Of a DNA stretch of 59,422 nt, positions 57,985 through 59,422 are shown piece by piece. Source of the DNA: a virus (Duplodnaviria > Caudoviricetes); IMG/VR virus record IMGVR_UViG_3300043442_000932, positions 1 to 59,422 of that record; one strand, written 5' to 3'. Under the pieces are notes generated by a model that ran no database searches, was not told the DNA's origin, and saw nothing but the letters and a program-made list of their open reading frames with translations. The position numbers and the translations under genes were made by a program. Position 1 is the stretch's first letter. Each line of letters starts with the position of its first letter.

Positions 57985-59422
57985 ATGGCAACGATCAATC
58001 TTGGAAAAATCCGTCTCAACTGGCGTGGCACGTGGTCGAGCGCTACGGCCTACACGGTCAATGACGCGGTGTACCTCAACGGCGACTCGTTCGTTGCTGT
58101 AGCCGACAACACAAACGCTCAGCCGCTTTCTGGCGGCGCGCTCAACGCGAACTGGAACTACCTGTCGCGCGGCGCATCAAGCGTCGTCACAACACGCGGT
58201 GACATCGTCTACCGCGGCGCTTCTGGTCTCACACGACTCGCGGCTGGCACTGCTGGCCAGGTCCTCACAACGCAGGGCACAACAGGCGATCCGTACTGGC
58301 AGGACAAGAGCGGTCGTCCGAACTACTCGACGTACACCGGAGCTGTTTCTTTGCTGAACAGCGCGTCACAGTACGGTCGACAGACTGCAGGCTATGCGGT
58401 CGGCGGCTTGCACATGTGCAACAACGGCGCAAATCCTGGCTACGGCAACTTGTTCATGATCACTCAAGACCGCAAGAACATCAAGGCTGTCGGCTACCAG
58501 TGGTACCAGAGCCTCGGCTTCGGTCACTTCTCAGACCAGATCAGTACTTCTACCTATCCAGGAAGCCGCGCTACTACCGGGCAGTATTGCCAGTTCGATA
58601 CCGCGCTTGACGCAGACGAGTATTTCGCATACGTCGTCCGCAACTACGCTTCGGCCGTCGCGGTCACGACGAAAGGTCGTCTCTACTTCACAGGGTACAA
58701 CGGCTACGGCCAGTTCGGTTTCGGTGACACGACAACACGCCAGATCTTCACGCGCTCGGCGTACTTTGGTCCGAGCACCGGCCGCACCGCGGTCGACGTC
58801 AAGATCGGCAAGATCTTCTCGGGCTCGGACGGCCTCACGACTCCGTTCCTTGTTCGCACGTCTGAAGGCGAGATGTACGGCGCAGGCTACAACGGCGCAG
58901 GTCTTCTCGGACAAGGCGACACCACGAACCGCACGTCGTGGACGCGCATCGGCGCCGCGACGCTCAACTCTGGTGGCGCGACGATCACCGGGTACCAGTT
59001 CAGCAACAAGTGCGCGATCAACAACGCGATCATCATCGCGTGGAACTCTGCGGGTCAGATCTTCGGCTGGGGCGCACCGACGCGCAACCAGCTCGGTCTG
59101 AACACAACAGCGCAGCAGAACACTCCGCAGCGTCTTACGCAGCTCGAGTCTCTCATCGGTGCAGGCGTCACTCCGGTCGACATCTGCATGCCGGTCGGCG
59201 GAAACGACAACAACGGTGTCGTCACTGCTATCTTGATGACCAACGGCGAGATCTACACGGCAGGCCAGTCGCTCCACGGTCAGCTTGGTATCGGTGGTGC
59301 TGACGGGCAGACGTCCGCGATCTGGCAGGTCGTCACAAAGCCTGCTGGTAAGACATGGTCTAAGCTTTGGTCGTCAGGCGGCGAATCTGCGACGTTCTAC
59401 GCTGTAACTACGGACGGCTTCT
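57985..59422 (+). CDS. RCC1-repeat tail protein, truncated by window edge
   Basis: MATINLGKIRLNWRGTW; TTRGDI.YR module; GYNGYGQFG.GDT, GYNG.GLLGQGDT and GQLG RCC1-type repeats. Confidence 0.85.
   Translation, partial: MATINLGKIRLNWRGTWSSATAYTVNDAVYLNGDSFVAVADNTNAQPLSGGALNANWNYLSRGASSVVTTRGDIVYRGASGLTRLAAGTAGQVLTTQGTTGDPYWQDKSGRPNYSTYTGAVSLLNSASQYGRQTAGYAVGGLHMCNNGANPGYGNLFMITQDRKNIKAVGYQWYQSLGFGHFSDQISTSTYPGSRATTGQYCQFDTALDADEYFAYVVRNYASAVAVTTKGRLYFTGYNGYGQFGFGDTTTRQIFTRSAYFGPSTGRTAVDVKIGKIFSGSDGLTTPFLVRTSEGEMYGAGYNGAGLLGQGDTTNRTSWTRIGAATLNSGGATITGYQFSNKCAINNAIIIAWNSAGQIFGWGAPTRNQLGLNTTAQQNTPQRLTQLESLIGAGVTPVDICMPVGGNDNNGVVTAILMTNGEIYTAGQSLHGQLGIGGADGQTSAIWQVVTKPAGKTWSKLWSSGGESATFYAVTTDGF

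Overview
A ~59 kb gene-dense segment of a large tailed dsDNA phage, most likely infecting an actinobacterium (WhiB regulator, DUF3039, leaderless starts, actinobacterial-type Fpg/Nei). (1) 1-18.5 kb, all minus strand: about 45 mostly short genes punctuated by 26 copies of a conserved ~20-bp element, (T)GAAACTAAAGTT(G/A)(T/G)TATAAT. It behaves as a promoter and, in 18 of 26 cases, also supplies or abuts the stop codon of the upstream gene, giving a cassette-like array. Cargo includes WhiB, an Ntn/proteasome-beta-like protease, a WGR-domain protein, GalU and a MoxR/CobS-like AAA+ with a VWA/CobT-like partner. (2) 18.5-23.4 kb: CHAP-like hydrolase, probable terminase small subunit, holin-like gene, tRNA-Thr(UGU), tRNA-Pro(UGG) and an AT-rich, palindrome-rich strand-switch region. 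(3) 23.4-38.3 kb: a 1109-aa PA14/FN3 poly-Thr surface protein, 2OG-Fe(II) dioxygenase, thermonuclease, class II RNR (nrdJ), Fpg/Nei, M15 endolysin, GT2 and a lytic transglycosylase. This part also holds a putative four-hairpin small RNA whose loops are complementary to the ribosome-binding leaders of the cassette genes. (4) 38.5-59.4 kb: modular collagen-like and other fibre/virion proteins, interrupted by a serine recombinase / primase-helicase / phosphoesterase block. All functional calls come from motif recognition by eye; no database searches were run.
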